Shown here: piece after piece, positions 28,499-38,659 of the stretch
Numbering within the stretch: the first letter of the stretch is position 1
How the letters are laid out: every line of letters begins with the position of its first letter
NCBI GenBank assembly: GCA_018830005.1
Contig: JAHJTE010000002.1
Location: 7,053-71,052, forward strand
DNA length: 64,000 bases
Reading direction: 5' to 3'
Origin: Candidatus Omnitrophota bacterium
GTDB taxonomy: Bacteria; Omnitrophota; Gorgyraeia; JAHJTE01
Made by a program: the position numbers and the translations under genes
Notes under the pieces: generated by a model
Seen by the model: the letters and a program-made list of their open reading frames with translations, nothing else
The model's database searches: none
Told to the model about the DNA's origin: nothing

Positions 28499-29533
28499 AT
28501 GGCAAAAAAAAGAATAGCAATTTTAACCGGAGGCGGGGATTGCGCGGGTTTGAATCCGGTAATTAGAGCTGTGACTCGAAAGGGTCTTGAGTTAGATTTT
28601 GAAATTATCGGTTTACTCAACGGTTGGAAAGGACTTATTAATAAAGAGACGATGCCGCTTGATCTAAAGTCTGTTTCAGGAATATTGCCTAAGGGCGGAA
28701 CTATTTTGGGAACAAGCAGGACCAATCCCTATAAGCAGGAAGGTGATGTAGGCAAAATAAAGACAAATTTCAAAGACCTGGCTCTTGATGCACTTATAGC
28801 TATTGGCGGCGAAGACACGCTGGGTGTGGCAAATAAGCTTTATACTCAAGAGAAACTACCTATCGTTGGCGTGCCAAAGACTATTGATAATGACCTTTCT
28901 TGTACAGATTATACATTTGGATTTGATACAGCAATTAACATTGCAACAGAATGCATTGACAGGCTCCATACAACCGCAGAAAGCCACCATAGAATTATTG
29001 TCGTGGAAGTAATGGGTAGACATGCAGGCTGGATTGCGACCTATGCAGGCATTGCCGGAGGTGCAGATATTATTCTCATTCCTGAAATACCTATCGATAC
29101 GGACGAGGTCTGTAATCTTCTAAAGAAACGACACGAGAGAGGTAAAAAATTCAGTATTGTCGTAGTTGCAGAAGGGGCAAAGCTCAAAAAAGACACTGAG
29201 GTATTACAAGAGGAGAAAAAAGACGCATTTGGCCATGTGCGCTTAGGCGGCATTGGAGAAAAATTAGGAAAACTAATAGAAGAAAAAACTGGTTATGAAA
29301 CACGTATTTCAGTTTTAGGGCATATCCAGCGTGGTGGTTCGCCAACTGCATTTGACAGAATTCTCGGAACGCGCTTTGGTATTAAGGCAGTCGAGTTAAT
29401 CAAAGATAAGCAATTCGGAAAAATGGTTGCTCTCTCAGGCAATAAAATAGTTACTGTATCATTAAAAGATGCTGTTAAAGAACTAAAGACAGTAGATATG
29501 GAACTCTACTCTATTGCTAAAATCTTCTTTTAA
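28499..29533 (+). CDS. pfkA: 6-phosphofructokinase (signature residues suggest PPi-dependent)
   Basis: TGGGD, GGEDT, PKTIDND, EVMGR and LGHIQRGG motifs. Confidence 0.9.
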   Translation: MAKKRIAILTGGGDCAGLNPVIRAVTRKGLELDFEIIGLLNGWKGLINKETMPLDLKSVSGILPKGGTILGTSRTNPYKQEGDVGKIKTNFKDLALDALIAIGGEDTLGVANKLYTQEKLPIVGVPKTIDNDLSCTDYTFGFDTAINIATECIDRLHTTAESHHRIIVVEVMGRHAGWIATYAGIAGGADIILIPEIPIDTDEVCNLLKKRHERGKKFSIVVVAEGAKLKKDTEVLQEEKKDAFGHVRLGGIGEKLGKLIEEKTGYETRISVLGHIQRGGSPTAFDRILGTRFGIKAVELIKDKQFGKMVALSGNKIVTVSLKDAVKELKTVDMELYSIAKIFF

Positions 29534-29551
29534 TAAAGAATAAAATCTTTC

Positions 29552-30127
29552 ATGAATAGAATTATAAAAAAAGACCTACAAGAAAGCATTTCGATAACTA
29601 ATTACGCTATTAAGAATCAAATTAAAACGATTGAAGGGATAGCTGAAGTTATTATTGACTGTTTGGAAAGAGGAAATAAGGTTATACTTTTCGGTAATGG
29701 CGGCTCTGCAGCTGATGCCCAACATATCGCTGCTGAATTAATAGGAAGATTTGAAAAAAATCGCAAGGCCCTTGCAGCAATAAGCCTAACCACAAATACC
29801 TCTATAATAAGCGCTATTGCAAACGATTTTGGATATAGTCATGTCTTCTCAAAGCAGATTGAAGGACTAGGCCAAGCTGGAGATGTTGCCATAGGTATTT
29901 CTACCAGCGGCAGCTCAAAAAATGTCCTAGAAGCACTAAAAAAAGCAAGACAGCTAGGGCTTGCTACTGTAGGTTTTTGCGGTAAGGCCTCAAAGGCAAT
30001 ATTTAAGGTTTCTGATCTAACCTTAAGCGTTAATTCCCTGCGCACATGCCGCATACAAGAGATGCATATAAAAATCGGCCATATTATTTGTGGTTTAGTG
30101 GAAAAAGCTCTCCTGAATGAAAAATAA
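29552..30127 (+). CDS. gmhA: Sedoheptulose 7-phosphate isomerase
   Basis: GNGGSAADAQHIAAE, ISTSG and RIQEMH motifs. Confidence 0.95.
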   Translation: MNRIIKKDLQESISITNYAIKNQIKTIEGIAEVIIDCLERGNKVILFGNGGSAADAQHIAAELIGRFEKNRKALAAISLTTNTSIISAIANDFGYSHVFSKQIEGLGQAGDVAIGISTSGSSKNVLEALKKARQLGLATVGFCGKASKAIFKVSDLTLSVNSLRTCRIQEMHIKIGHIICGLVEKALLNEK

Positions 30128-30596
30128 AATTATATTAAATCAAAAAAAATTAAAGAAGATTCTTGAGCTTCAGAAAAGGAAAGGTAAGAAGATTATATTT
30201 ACAAATGGGTGCTTTGACCTGCTTCACTTTGGTCATATCAAATACCTCAACGATGCTAAGAAATTAGGAGGGTTTTTAATCGTAGCGCTCAATAGCGATA
30301 ACTCGGTCAGGAAAATAAAAGGAAAAGGTAGGCCTTTAACATCAGAAAAAGACAGGCTTCAAATTATCTCCAGCCTAGAAATGGTAGATCAGGTGACGCT
30401 GTTTAACGATAGAACCCCGCTTAAATTAATCAAACTCCTCAATCCGGATATAATCGTAAAGGGCGCGGACTGGAAGCTTGAGGATATAGTTGGTGGTGAT
30501 TTTGTAAAGGGTTACGGAGGAAGCGTGCGTCAAATCCCCTATTCAAAAGGCTACTCTACATCAAAATTAATAAGAAAAATTGCCAAGAGAAACTAA
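30117..30596 (+). CDS. rfaE2: Heptose 1-phosphate adenylyltransferase
   Basis: FTNGCFDLLHFGH, NSDNSVRKIKG and VKGADW motifs. Confidence 0.9.
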   Translation: MKNKIILNQKKLKKILELQKRKGKKIIFTNGCFDLLHFGHIKYLNDAKKLGGFLIVALNSDNSVRKIKGKGRPLTSEKDRLQIISSLEMVDQVTLFNDRTPLKLIKLLNPDIIVKGADWKLEDIVGGDFVKGYGGSVRQIPYSKGYSTSKLIRKIAKRN

Positions 30597-30993
30597 GATC
30601 TACAGGGTAATCGACGCTAACATCAACCGTCTTACGGAAGGAATCAGAGTCTGTGAGGATATTATACGCTTTCTGATTAATGACTATAGTATCTGGATTA
30701 AATTCAAAAAAGTAAGGCACGAAATCTCTGCTATAGTAAAAAAAATTACCGCAAGGCATAAGCTGATAGAACATAGAGATATCGTTAGAGACGTAGGGAA
30801 AAAAAGTATAAAGAGTGAGTCAAGAAGGGATAATTATCAGCAAATCTTTTTTGCAAATATCCAAAGGACTAAAGAGTCTTTAAGGGTTCTGGAGGAGTTT
30901 TCTAAGTTGTTAGGAAATAGCCAGACTCAAAAGATTAAAAAAATCAGATATAAGATTTATGCACTCGAAAAAGAAGCAGCTTTCAAATTCTAG
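30580..30993 (+). CDS. ThiD2-like helical domain (stand-alone N-terminal domain of long ThiE)
   Basis: RVIDANINRLTEGIRVCED...ANIQRTKESLRVLEEFSK...RYKIYALEK. Confidence 0.8.
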   Translation: MPRETKIYRVIDANINRLTEGIRVCEDIIRFLINDYSIWIKFKKVRHEISAIVKKITARHKLIEHRDIVRDVGKKSIKSESRRDNYQQIFFANIQRTKESLRVLEEFSKLLGNSQTQKIKKIRYKIYALEKEAAFKF

Positions 30994-31597
30994 ACTTTAT
31001 TGTATTGTTGATGTAAAAAAAAGGCCCCTAGAGATAAAGCGACTCTTGAAAAAGATTACCTCTGCCGGAGTAGACATAGTGCAATTAAGGGAGAAAACCG
31101 AACAATTCCAGAGGCTTCTTACGGCAGCAAAATTAATAAAAGCCAATTCCAGTAAGACCAAGCCTATTCTTATCATCAATGATCGAGTCGATATCGCAAG
31201 GCTTTCTTCTGCCGACGGCGTTCATTTAGGCCAGAGCGACATAACAATAAAGGATGCCAGAAAGATTTTAGGGCCGGGAAAAATAGTTGGTATTTCCTGC
31301 CATAGCCTTGCTCAAGCCAAGAGAGCGCAGGCTAGCGGCGCAGACTACATCTCAATAGGACCAATCTATAAAACGCCTACGAAAAAAGGAGTGCCTGCAA
31401 TAGGCGAACGATTGCTGTCAGAAGTATCCAATAAAATCAATATACCAGTTTTTGCAATTGGGGGAATAAATCGAAAAAATCTAGACAAGATAAAAAGAAA
31501 AGGTATAAAAAGAATCGCTGTGCATCGCGCTATAACAAGAGCCAAGAATCCCGCTGGTGAGGCAACGCGCTTAAAACAGCTCCTAAGATGCAATTGA
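30959..31597 (+). CDS. thiE: Thiamine-phosphate synthase
   Basis: QLREK, INDRVD, GVHLGQSD, TPTK and AIGGI motifs. Confidence 0.93.
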   Translation: MHSKKKQLSNSRLYCIVDVKKRPLEIKRLLKKITSAGVDIVQLREKTEQFQRLLTAAKLIKANSSKTKPILIINDRVDIARLSSADGVHLGQSDITIKDARKILGPGKIVGISCHSLAQAKRAQASGADYISIGPIYKTPTKKGVPAIGERLLSEVSNKINIPVFAIGGINRKNLDKIKRKGIKRIAVHRAITRAKNPAGEATRLKQLLRCN

Positions 31598-31598
31598 T

Positions 31599-32882
31599 AT
31601 GACTCAAATAGATCAAGCAAAGACAAATCGAATCACTCAAGAAGTACGCTATATAGCTAAGCTAGAAAAAATCCCCTCTAAGCTCCTGTCAAAAAGAATA
31701 GCTTCTAATGAGGCAGTGATTTTTTCAAATAATATAAGACGCCCTAAAAAGACAACGGCAGTGGGCAAGGGTTTAAAAACAAAGGTTAATGTTAACATCG
31801 GAAGCTCGACCGATAAAGCCAATGTTAAACTGGAATTAAAGAAACTTAGAGAGGCTGTAAATTTAGGAGCTGATACTATAATGGATTTAAGTGTTGGTCC
31901 GGATGCGCAAAGAGTACGCAATCTAATCTTAAAGAATTCTCCTATTCCTGTAGGAACAGTGCCGATTTATGAAGCGGCATTACTGGCAAGGAAAAAGAGA
32001 GGCAGCTTTCTCAAGATGGATTTAGAGACAATGCTTAAATGCATTGAAAATCAGGCAAAAGAGGGTGTTGACTTCTTTACAATTCATTCTGGCATAACAA
32101 GAGAAGGATTAAAGATCTTAAAAAAATCCAAACGTCAGATTAAAATTGCAAGCAGGGGAGGAGCAATTTTAAGCGCTTGGATGGATGCAAATAAAAAAGA
32201 AAATCCTCTCTATGAACATTTTGATGAAATTTTAAAGATTGCATATAAATACGATATTGTCTTGAGTCTGGGTGACGCCTTAAGGCCTGGCGCAATATCT
32301 GATGCCACTGATGCTGCACAAATAAACGAATTAAGACACCTGGCTGATCTTGTGAAAAAGGCAAGAAGAAAAAATGTGCAGGTTATTGTAGAAGGACCCG
32401 GGCATGTGCCGCTACATCAAATCGAATCTAATATTGTCCTGCAAAAAAAGTTATGTAAAAACGCGCCATTTTATGTCCTGGGGCCGCTTGTTTGTGATGT
32501 GGCAGCAGGATATGACCACATAACTGCGGCAATCGGAGGCGCTTTGGCTGCTATGTATGGTGCTGATTTTCTTTGCTATGTCACACCTGCAGAGCATTTA
32601 CGGCTACCTACGATCAGCGACATGAGAGAAGGTCTGATTGCCTCGCGCATTGCGGCGCACAGCGCAGATATTGCCAAGGGAATTAAACAAGCGGATAAAT
32701 GGGACAGGCAGGTATCTTCTGCAAGAAATAAAAGAGATTGGAAAAAGCTAATCTCTCTTTCTATTGATCCGCAACGAGCAAGCGAATTTAGACACTCTAT
32801 TAAAGCAAGGGAATTAAAAACCTGTTCTATGTGCGGTGATTATTGCTCTATGAAACTGACCGAGGCTTCATTACCTAGTTAA
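31599..32882 (+). CDS. thiC: Phosphomethylpyrimidine synthase
   Basis: KVNVNIG, SRGG, EGPGH, GYDHIT, CYVTPAEHL and CSMCGDYC motifs; next to thiE. Confidence 0.92.
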   Translation: MTQIDQAKTNRITQEVRYIAKLEKIPSKLLSKRIASNEAVIFSNNIRRPKKTTAVGKGLKTKVNVNIGSSTDKANVKLELKKLREAVNLGADTIMDLSVGPDAQRVRNLILKNSPIPVGTVPIYEAALLARKKRGSFLKMDLETMLKCIENQAKEGVDFFTIHSGITREGLKILKKSKRQIKIASRGGAILSAWMDANKKENPLYEHFDEILKIAYKYDIVLSLGDALRPGAISDATDAAQINELRHLADLVKKARRKNVQVIVEGPGHVPLHQIESNIVLQKKLCKNAPFYVLGPLVCDVAAGYDHITAAIGGALAAMYGADFLCYVTPAEHLRLPTISDMREGLIASRIAAHSADIAKGIKQADKWDRQVSSARNKRDWKKLISLSIDPQRASEFRHSIKARELKTCSMCGDYCSMKLTEASLPS

Positions 32883-32894
32883 GTCAGTATTTTT

Positions 32895-32965
32895 GCGGGC
32901 GTAGTTCAGTGGTAGAACATTAGCTTCCCAAGCTAAAAATGAGGGTTCGATTCCCTTCGCCCGCT
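32895..32965 (+). tRNA. tRNA-Gly(CCC), CCA not encoded
   Basis: GCGGGCG acceptor stem; anticodon arm TTAGC-TTCCCAA-GCTAA; T-arm GGTTCGATTCC. Confidence 0.95.
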
Positions 32966-32985
32966 TGGATTAGAATTAAAAAAGC

Positions 32986-34629
32986 ATGGTTGATAAAGAA
33001 ATAATACTAAAACGCATTAATATCCTAGAGCCTATCTACAAACGCCTCAACAGCCTTGTAGATGGTTATCGTCAAAATATTGCCTTGATTGGCGAAACCG
33101 GTGTCGGTAAGAGCACAATTTTAAAATATCTTCTCACTTCGTTTATGCGGCCCCAGCTTACGTTTGCCTACGTTAATCTAAACTGCTCTGATTTTGAGCA
33201 GTTCAGCTATAAGTTATTGGGTAGTATGCTATACAACTATCTGCAGGAGAAAGGACTGATTATCAAAGATGATTTCGATTACTTAAGCAAGGCAAGTGAA
33301 AAGATTTTACCAAATACCTCCAGCCAGATAGAAGAGATCAAGCAATTAATAGAAAGACATAAATACAATGAGGCCTTTGCCAAGACATTTGATTGCACTG
33401 ATATCTTTACAAAGGAGACCGGCCATAGGCTGGTGTTCATAATCGATGAATTCCATCTCTTAGAGGAAATGGACATAAAAAATGTATTTGCCCTTTTCAG
33501 TAAACGGATTATGCTACAGCAATCCGTGGCCTTTATAGTAGCCAGTTCACATGTAGGAAAGGCAAGAAAAATCCTCTCTGAAAAATTATCACTTTTATTC
33601 GGTAATTTTGAAGTCATGAATATACATCCCCTGGATCACACAACAAGCAAAGAATTTATCTCAAGCATCATTTATCCTTTCGGAATCGCAGACGTAGGCA
33701 ATGATTTTCTTATTAATCTAACGGGCGGGTTTCCTCTTTATCTAAAGCTAATCGCCAATGAACTTTCTCGTCTGGCAGAGAAAAATGTGTTCAAGCAAAT
33801 AGATGAGCATATTATTGCTACGGCGCTGTATAATCTCTTATCAAAAGAGACAGGACTACTTAATGAGAAATTCAACAATACAGTAATGAAGATATCAGAA
33901 CTAAAAAGTGAGCATAAGAGGACCTCTTCAGTTCATTCCTGGAAGATTTTAATTTCAATTGCCAATGGTTTTAATAAATCTAGCAGCTTGGTTAAGAACC
34001 TGCGAAAGGGCAAACCGCAGATACAGGCTAAGCTTACAAAACTTATTGATCAAAATATCATCAGCAAGAACTCGTCATTCTTTAAGATAAATGATCCTGT
34101 GTTCGAATTGTGGTTAAAATATGTTTTTTCAAAAAAACAGTATAATTTCAATGAGGATGAATTGGATTTCAAAAATCAATTTATCTCTGAAATCAAAACA
34201 TTGATTGAGAATTTTACAGTAGAATCAAAGCGTAATTTCATAGACAGGATCTCTGAAGTCTTCGAACAATTTAAGGATGAATCCATCGTATTTGAACGCC
34301 GCAGGTGGAAACTGACAAAATTTAATGAGATAAGGCCTTTAAGCTTTGCTGGTAGTGGAATTAGAAGTGGTATCTATGGTCGCGGCGCTGGAGATCTCTG
34401 GATTGCTGCCTTAAAACAAGGACATGTCTGCGAAAGTGATATATCTGAATTTATTGTAGAATGTAAAAAATTTAAAAACAAGCGCTTAAAAAAAGTCCTG
34501 ATTGCCCTTGGCGAAATTGATTTAAATGCAGCGCTCTTGGCCAAAGAAGAGAAGATTCAAACCTGGAACTTGAACCATCTCAATCTATTGCTGAGATTGT
34601 TTGGGAAGCCAAAGATTATTCATTATTAA
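32986..34629 (+). CDS. Archaeal-type AAA/STAND-like ATPase with wHTH and degenerate restriction-endonuclease-like C-terminus
   Basis: Walker A GETGVGKS, Walker B FIIDEFH, TGGFPLYL and INDPVFELWL motifs. Confidence 0.75.
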   Translation: MVDKEIILKRINILEPIYKRLNSLVDGYRQNIALIGETGVGKSTILKYLLTSFMRPQLTFAYVNLNCSDFEQFSYKLLGSMLYNYLQEKGLIIKDDFDYLSKASEKILPNTSSQIEEIKQLIERHKYNEAFAKTFDCTDIFTKETGHRLVFIIDEFHLLEEMDIKNVFALFSKRIMLQQSVAFIVASSHVGKARKILSEKLSLLFGNFEVMNIHPLDHTTSKEFISSIIYPFGIADVGNDFLINLTGGFPLYLKLIANELSRLAEKNVFKQIDEHIIATALYNLLSKETGLLNEKFNNTVMKISELKSEHKRTSSVHSWKILISIANGFNKSSSLVKNLRKGKPQIQAKLTKLIDQNIISKNSSFFKINDPVFELWLKYVFSKKQYNFNEDELDFKNQFISEIKTLIENFTVESKRNFIDRISEVFEQFKDESIVFERRRWKLTKFNEIRPLSFAGSGIRSGIYGRGAGDLWIAALKQGHVCESDISEFIVECKKFKNKRLKKVLIALGEIDLNAALLAKEEKIQTWNLNHLNLLLRLFGKPKIIHY

Positions 34630-35118
34630 ATGAAAGTAGTTGTAATTTCCGATACACATATACCAGAAAGGGCAGAGCAACTTCCGACTAGCTTCCTAGA
34701 AAAGGCAAAAGACGCTGATTTAATATTGCATGCCGGCGACCTAGCCGACATTTCAGTCTTAAGTGAACTTAAAAAGATCTCTAAGGTCGTGGCTGTCTGG
34801 GGCAACATGGACTCGCCTGAGGTCAAAAAAACATTAAAGGAAAAGGAAATAATTAAAATCGAAGACATCTCAATAGGATTAATGCATGGCAGGGGACATC
34901 CAAACTATCTAATAAAATTTTTAACAGAACAATTTAGGAGTGACGCCGTAGATATCATTATCTTCGGCCATTCTCATAAACCAATGAATAAAGAGATTGA
35001 TGATATTCTATTCTTCAACCCGGGAAGTTTAACAGATGATTTCTTCTCAGACTATGCCTCTTTTGGTGTTATTGAGATAAAAACAGGTAAATATAAAGCT
35101 AAAATCGAAAAATTATAA
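34630..35118 (+). CDS. YfcE-like metallophosphoesterase
   Basis: SDTH, HAGD, GNMD, GHSH and NPGS motifs. Confidence 0.9.
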   Translation: MKVVVISDTHIPERAEQLPTSFLEKAKDADLILHAGDLADISVLSELKKISKVVAVWGNMDSPEVKKTLKEKEIIKIEDISIGLMHGRGHPNYLIKFLTEQFRSDAVDIIIFGHSHKPMNKEIDDILFFNPGSLTDDFFSDYASFGVIEIKTGKYKAKIEKL

Positions 35119-35122
35119 GAAG

Positions 35123-35599
35123 ATGGAAAATTTATGGGCGCCCTGGCGCATGGACTACATTAAGCCAAAAAGAAAACAAAGCGGCTGTCTACTTTGTAGA
35201 ATCGCAAGGGATAAATCGCACGATAGGAAAAATTTGGTATTCTTACGTACAAAGGCAGCTTTTTGCGTGCTTAATAAATTTCCCTACAGCAATGGCCATA
35301 TAATGATATGTCCTAATGCCCATAAAAGACACCTAAGACAGTTAAACAAAGAAGAAATCCTACAGCTAAGCAGCTTAGTAATTCAAACTCAAGACTTGTT
35401 ACATAAGGTATTAAGGCCTGCAGGCTATAATATCGGAATTAATCTTGGTAGCCACGCAGGTGCAGGTATTGATAAACATTTACACATTCATCTTGTTCCG
35501 CGCTGGAGAGGGGATACGAACTTTATGCCTGTTATTTCAAAGACCAAGGTTATCCCTCAATCTCTAGATAGCCTTTTTAAGAAACTTAAAAAAAGATGA
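35123..35599 (+). CDS. HIT family hydrolase (Ap4A phosphorylase-like)
   Basis: LWAPWR, CLLC and HLHIHLVPRW motifs. Confidence 0.9.
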   Translation: MENLWAPWRMDYIKPKRKQSGCLLCRIARDKSHDRKNLVFLRTKAAFCVLNKFPYSNGHIMICPNAHKRHLRQLNKEEILQLSSLVIQTQDLLHKVLRPAGYNIGINLGSHAGAGIDKHLHIHLVPRWRGDTNFMPVISKTKVIPQSLDSLFKKLKKR

Positions 35600-36756
35600 G
35601 TAAACTATCTAATGAAACATTGATAGCCAGTTCTGACTCCACATTAGCAGCATATGCGTCTAAAAACCAAGCAAGTCGTGGCAGAATCTATAAAGAGCCA
35701 GAACATGCATATAGAACAATATATCAGCGTGATAGAGACAGGATTATCCACTCTGCCTCGTTTAGAAGACTAGAATATAAAACGCAGGTTTTTGTAAATC
35801 ACGAAGGTGATTACTATCGCACAAGGCTTACGCATACCTTAGAGGTTGCTCAAATAGGTCGCACTATCGCAAAGGCGCTTAATCTTAATGAAGAGCTGGT
35901 TGAGGCCATAGCCTTAGCCCATGACCTTGGACACACCCCTTTTGGTCATGCTGGCGAAGATACCTTAGATGATTTAATGAAGGAAGAAGGTGGTTTTAAC
36001 CATAATCTGCAAGGATTGCGCGTCGTAGATCAGCTAGAAGAAAGATATCCTGATTTTCCCGGCCTGAATTTGAGTTGGGAAGTCAGAGAAGGTATTGCCA
36101 AGCATTCAACCATCTATGACTTTCCTAAGACCCTATCAGAGTTTGAGCCAGGCAAGGGTCCTAGTCTAGAAACTCAGGTTGTTGATGCGGCTGATGAAAT
36201 TGCCTATGATAATCATGATTTAGATGATGGCCTGACCTCAGGACTATTAAAGGCAGACTCATTAAGGAAGATTGATTTCTGGCGGGAGATTGAAGACGGA
36301 ATCAATAAGCGCTATCCTGAAATCGGAAAAGAATTACAAAAATACCAGATAATTAATTCTTTGATAAATTTCCTTGTTACTGATATAATAAACGAATCAA
36401 AAAAGAGGCTTAAAAAATTCAATATAAAAAATGTTAATGACGCAAAAGAAATCAAGGAAAAAATTATTACCTTTAGTAACGAAGTTCAAAAGAAGAGAGG
36501 ACCATTGAGAGAATTCCTGTTTAAGAATTTATATAATCATTATCGGGTTATACGCATGTCAGATAAAGCAAAACGTTTTATAAAGGACTTATTTAACGTC
36601 TACCTAGAGAAACCTCAACAATTACCAATCAGGACTCAGGAACATTTTAAGAATGAATCTATTAAAAGAGTTGTCTGTGATTATATCGCAGGAATGACTG
36701 ACAGGTTCGCGCTAAATGAATACAAAAAATTATTTGACCCTTACGAAAAAGTATAA
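35596..36756 (+). CDS. dgt: dGTP triphosphohydrolase
   Basis: RDRDRIIHS, RTRLTHTLEV, HDLGHTPFGHAGE and DYIAGMTD motifs. Confidence 0.93.
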   Translation: MSKLSNETLIASSDSTLAAYASKNQASRGRIYKEPEHAYRTIYQRDRDRIIHSASFRRLEYKTQVFVNHEGDYYRTRLTHTLEVAQIGRTIAKALNLNEELVEAIALAHDLGHTPFGHAGEDTLDDLMKEEGGFNHNLQGLRVVDQLEERYPDFPGLNLSWEVREGIAKHSTIYDFPKTLSEFEPGKGPSLETQVVDAADEIAYDNHDLDDGLTSGLLKADSLRKIDFWREIEDGINKRYPEIGKELQKYQIINSLINFLVTDIINESKKRLKKFNIKNVNDAKEIKEKIITFSNEVQKKRGPLREFLFKNLYNHYRVIRMSDKAKRFIKDLFNVYLEKPQQLPIRTQEHFKNESIKRVVCDYIAGMTDRFALNEYKKLFDPYEKV

Positions 36757-37804
36757 AACGGCCCTTTCGGCTATTCATATAATAGCCCGTCTTATAAATT
36801 CAACAACGAATATTAAGGAGCTGCTTTTGCGCGTGGCTAGACTCGCCTGCCAAGTTGTAAAGGGCAAGAACTGCCAAATCATCATTTCTGATAATAATCA
36901 ATTTATCTCTGCCAGGATCAACGCTGAAACCACAAAAAAAGGATTATATCGAAGAAGGAAAAAGATTTCAGTGCCTATCGAAAAAAAGATTGTTCTTTCT
37001 GGTTCCTTGATCCTTGAGCCAGCCTTTCTTGGAATCCCTCTTATCGGTGATGATCTGATGGGAGCAATTATCGTTAAGGGTAAAACCGAACCTAAAAAAT
37101 TCGATGTGGTTGACCAAGAAATCTTAATGAACCTTGGCGAACAACTTGTAATGGCAATTAAGAATTTACGCCTTTACGATGAACAAGAAAAGCTCCTTTT
37201 AGGAAGCGTCAAAACATTAGTCTCGGTCTTAAACTCTACAAGCCCCCAGGCCTATACGCACTCTAAGAATTTTAATCATATATTATTGGCAATTGCAGAA
37301 CAGATGCATTTGTCTGAGCAAGAAATTCATGCCTTACTTTACGCCGGACTTCTTCATGATGCCGGAAAAATCGATATACCGACAAATATCTTAACTAAAT
37401 CAACTAAACTAACGGGTAGGGAATTTCGCATAATAAAGGAGCATCCCTTAAAGGGCGTTAAAATTATCAAGCCACTCCAGCTTCTTAAGCCCGCAATACC
37501 AATAATCCAGCATCATCATGAAAAATATGATGGCACAGGATATCCTGCGGGACTAAAGAAAAACCAGATCCCCTTAGGTGCAAGAATTATGGCAGTTGCT
37601 GATGCCTTTGAGGCAATGCTAGTGGAAAGACCTTATCGTCGTCATAAAATGACCCTATCAGCTGCAGTAGGCGAAATGAAGAAATTTTCCGGCACGCAAT
37701 TCGATCCTAAAGTAATTGATGCCTTGATTAAAAGCCTGAAGGCAAAAAAATTAAAAAAATATTTATCAGGCCGTCCCCGTAATCATAATCCGGATAAACT
37801 TTAG
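36716..37804 (+). CDS. GAF + HD-GYP protein
   Basis: LHDAGKID, HHEKYDGTGYP, RPYR and GTQFDP motifs; start uncertain. Confidence 0.85.
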   Translation: MNTKNYLTLTKKYKTALSAIHIIARLINSTTNIKELLLRVARLACQVVKGKNCQIIISDNNQFISARINAETTKKGLYRRRKKISVPIEKKIVLSGSLILEPAFLGIPLIGDDLMGAIIVKGKTEPKKFDVVDQEILMNLGEQLVMAIKNLRLYDEQEKLLLGSVKTLVSVLNSTSPQAYTHSKNFNHILLAIAEQMHLSEQEIHALLYAGLLHDAGKIDIPTNILTKSTKLTGREFRIIKEHPLKGVKIIKPLQLLKPAIPIIQHHHEKYDGTGYPAGLKKNQIPLGARIMAVADAFEAMLVERPYRRHKMTLSAAVGEMKKFSGTQFDPKVIDALIKSLKAKKLKKYLSGRPRNHNPDKL

Positions 37805-37807
37805 CAA

Positions 37808-38323
37808 ATGAAACAGCTTGAGCTATTCGATGGTTTTCATAAATCTGGAGGAGAGAAATCTTTTAAAAAAAAGACCCAGCATACTAACAACCTGCGGATA
37901 TTAAGATATGGGCTATTTCTCATAATCTATACAATTGTTGTCCTAATACTCGGCTTTGTCCTAGGCTATGATCGGGCAAAAGTAAAAAGGCCCAGTCCAA
38001 GCAAAGCTCCAGAAGCAACTTTAGAGAAGACAGTTAAAGAAGAACCTGTAAGAATAGAAACTGTGGCTACTGACAAAGACATCAAGGTTAAAGACGCCTA
38101 TGAGATTCAGGTAGCTTCGCTTAAAAAGCAATCGTCTGCAAAAACAGAAAAAGAGACACTAACAAAGGCTGGATTTAAGGCCTATATTTCTGAGTCCGGA
38201 GAATATATAAAGGTTTGTATCGGCCCATTTAAAACCGAAAAAGAAGCTGATAAAAATCTAAGGGCTCTTAAAGAAAAATATCCAAAGAAATACAAAGATT
38301 CTTTTATAAAGAAAATCAAATGA
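37808..38323 (+). CDS. SPOR domain membrane protein
   Basis: Single TM; YEIQVASL...VCIGPF..EKEA. Confidence 0.8.
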   Translation: MKQLELFDGFHKSGGEKSFKKKTQHTNNLRILRYGLFLIIYTIVVLILGFVLGYDRAKVKRPSPSKAPEATLEKTVKEEPVRIETVATDKDIKVKDAYEIQVASLKKQSSAKTEKETLTKAGFKAYISESGEYIKVCIGPFKTEKEADKNLRALKEKYPKKYKDSFIKKIK

Positions 38324-38347
38324 GGATACTGAAGGAGGAGATTTAAC

Positions 38348-38659
38348 ATGTCTATTCATCCATCTCTACGAAAGGCATCAAAAGGCAAGCAACAACGTTC
38401 TATACTTAAACGTATCGAGCGGGTTAAGAAACTTGTCGAAGAAGAAGCCTGGGAAGAGGATAAGGTGTTTAAGCTTCCTAAAATAAAAATGATAAGACTG
38501 AAGGTCAAGAAAGAAAAACTTAAGGAAGAGGCTACCGAGGCTACTGAGGCAGGGGCTGGGGCTGCAGCTGGAGGCGCCCAAGAAGGAAAACCAACACAAG
38601 CCAAAGAAAAGCCAGATGAGAAAAAAGAGTCCAAAAAGGACGCTAAAAAGCAAAAATGA
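38348..38659 (+). CDS. PVC-superphylum small basic protein (TIGR04137-like) with low-complexity tail
   Basis: MSIHPSL...RSILKRIERVKKL...W...VFKLPKIK pattern. Confidence 0.8.
   Translation: MSIHPSLRKASKGKQQRSILKRIERVKKLVEEEAWEEDKVFKLPKIKMIRLKVKKEKLKEEATEATEAGAGAAAGGAQEGKPTQAKEKPDEKKESKKDAKKQK

Noticed and set aside
30580-31597. Frameshifted fused ThiD2-ThiE
   Set aside because: Both ORFs have their own starts and complete domains, and split forms are known.
31599-32882. BzaA/B/F rather than ThiC
   Set aside because: Coupled to thiE and far from the cob cluster; a phylogeny would be needed to exclude it fully.
32895-34629. Integrative element at tRNA-Gly
   Set aside because: No integrase, no duplicated tRNA 3' end seen, and flanking genes are ordinary.
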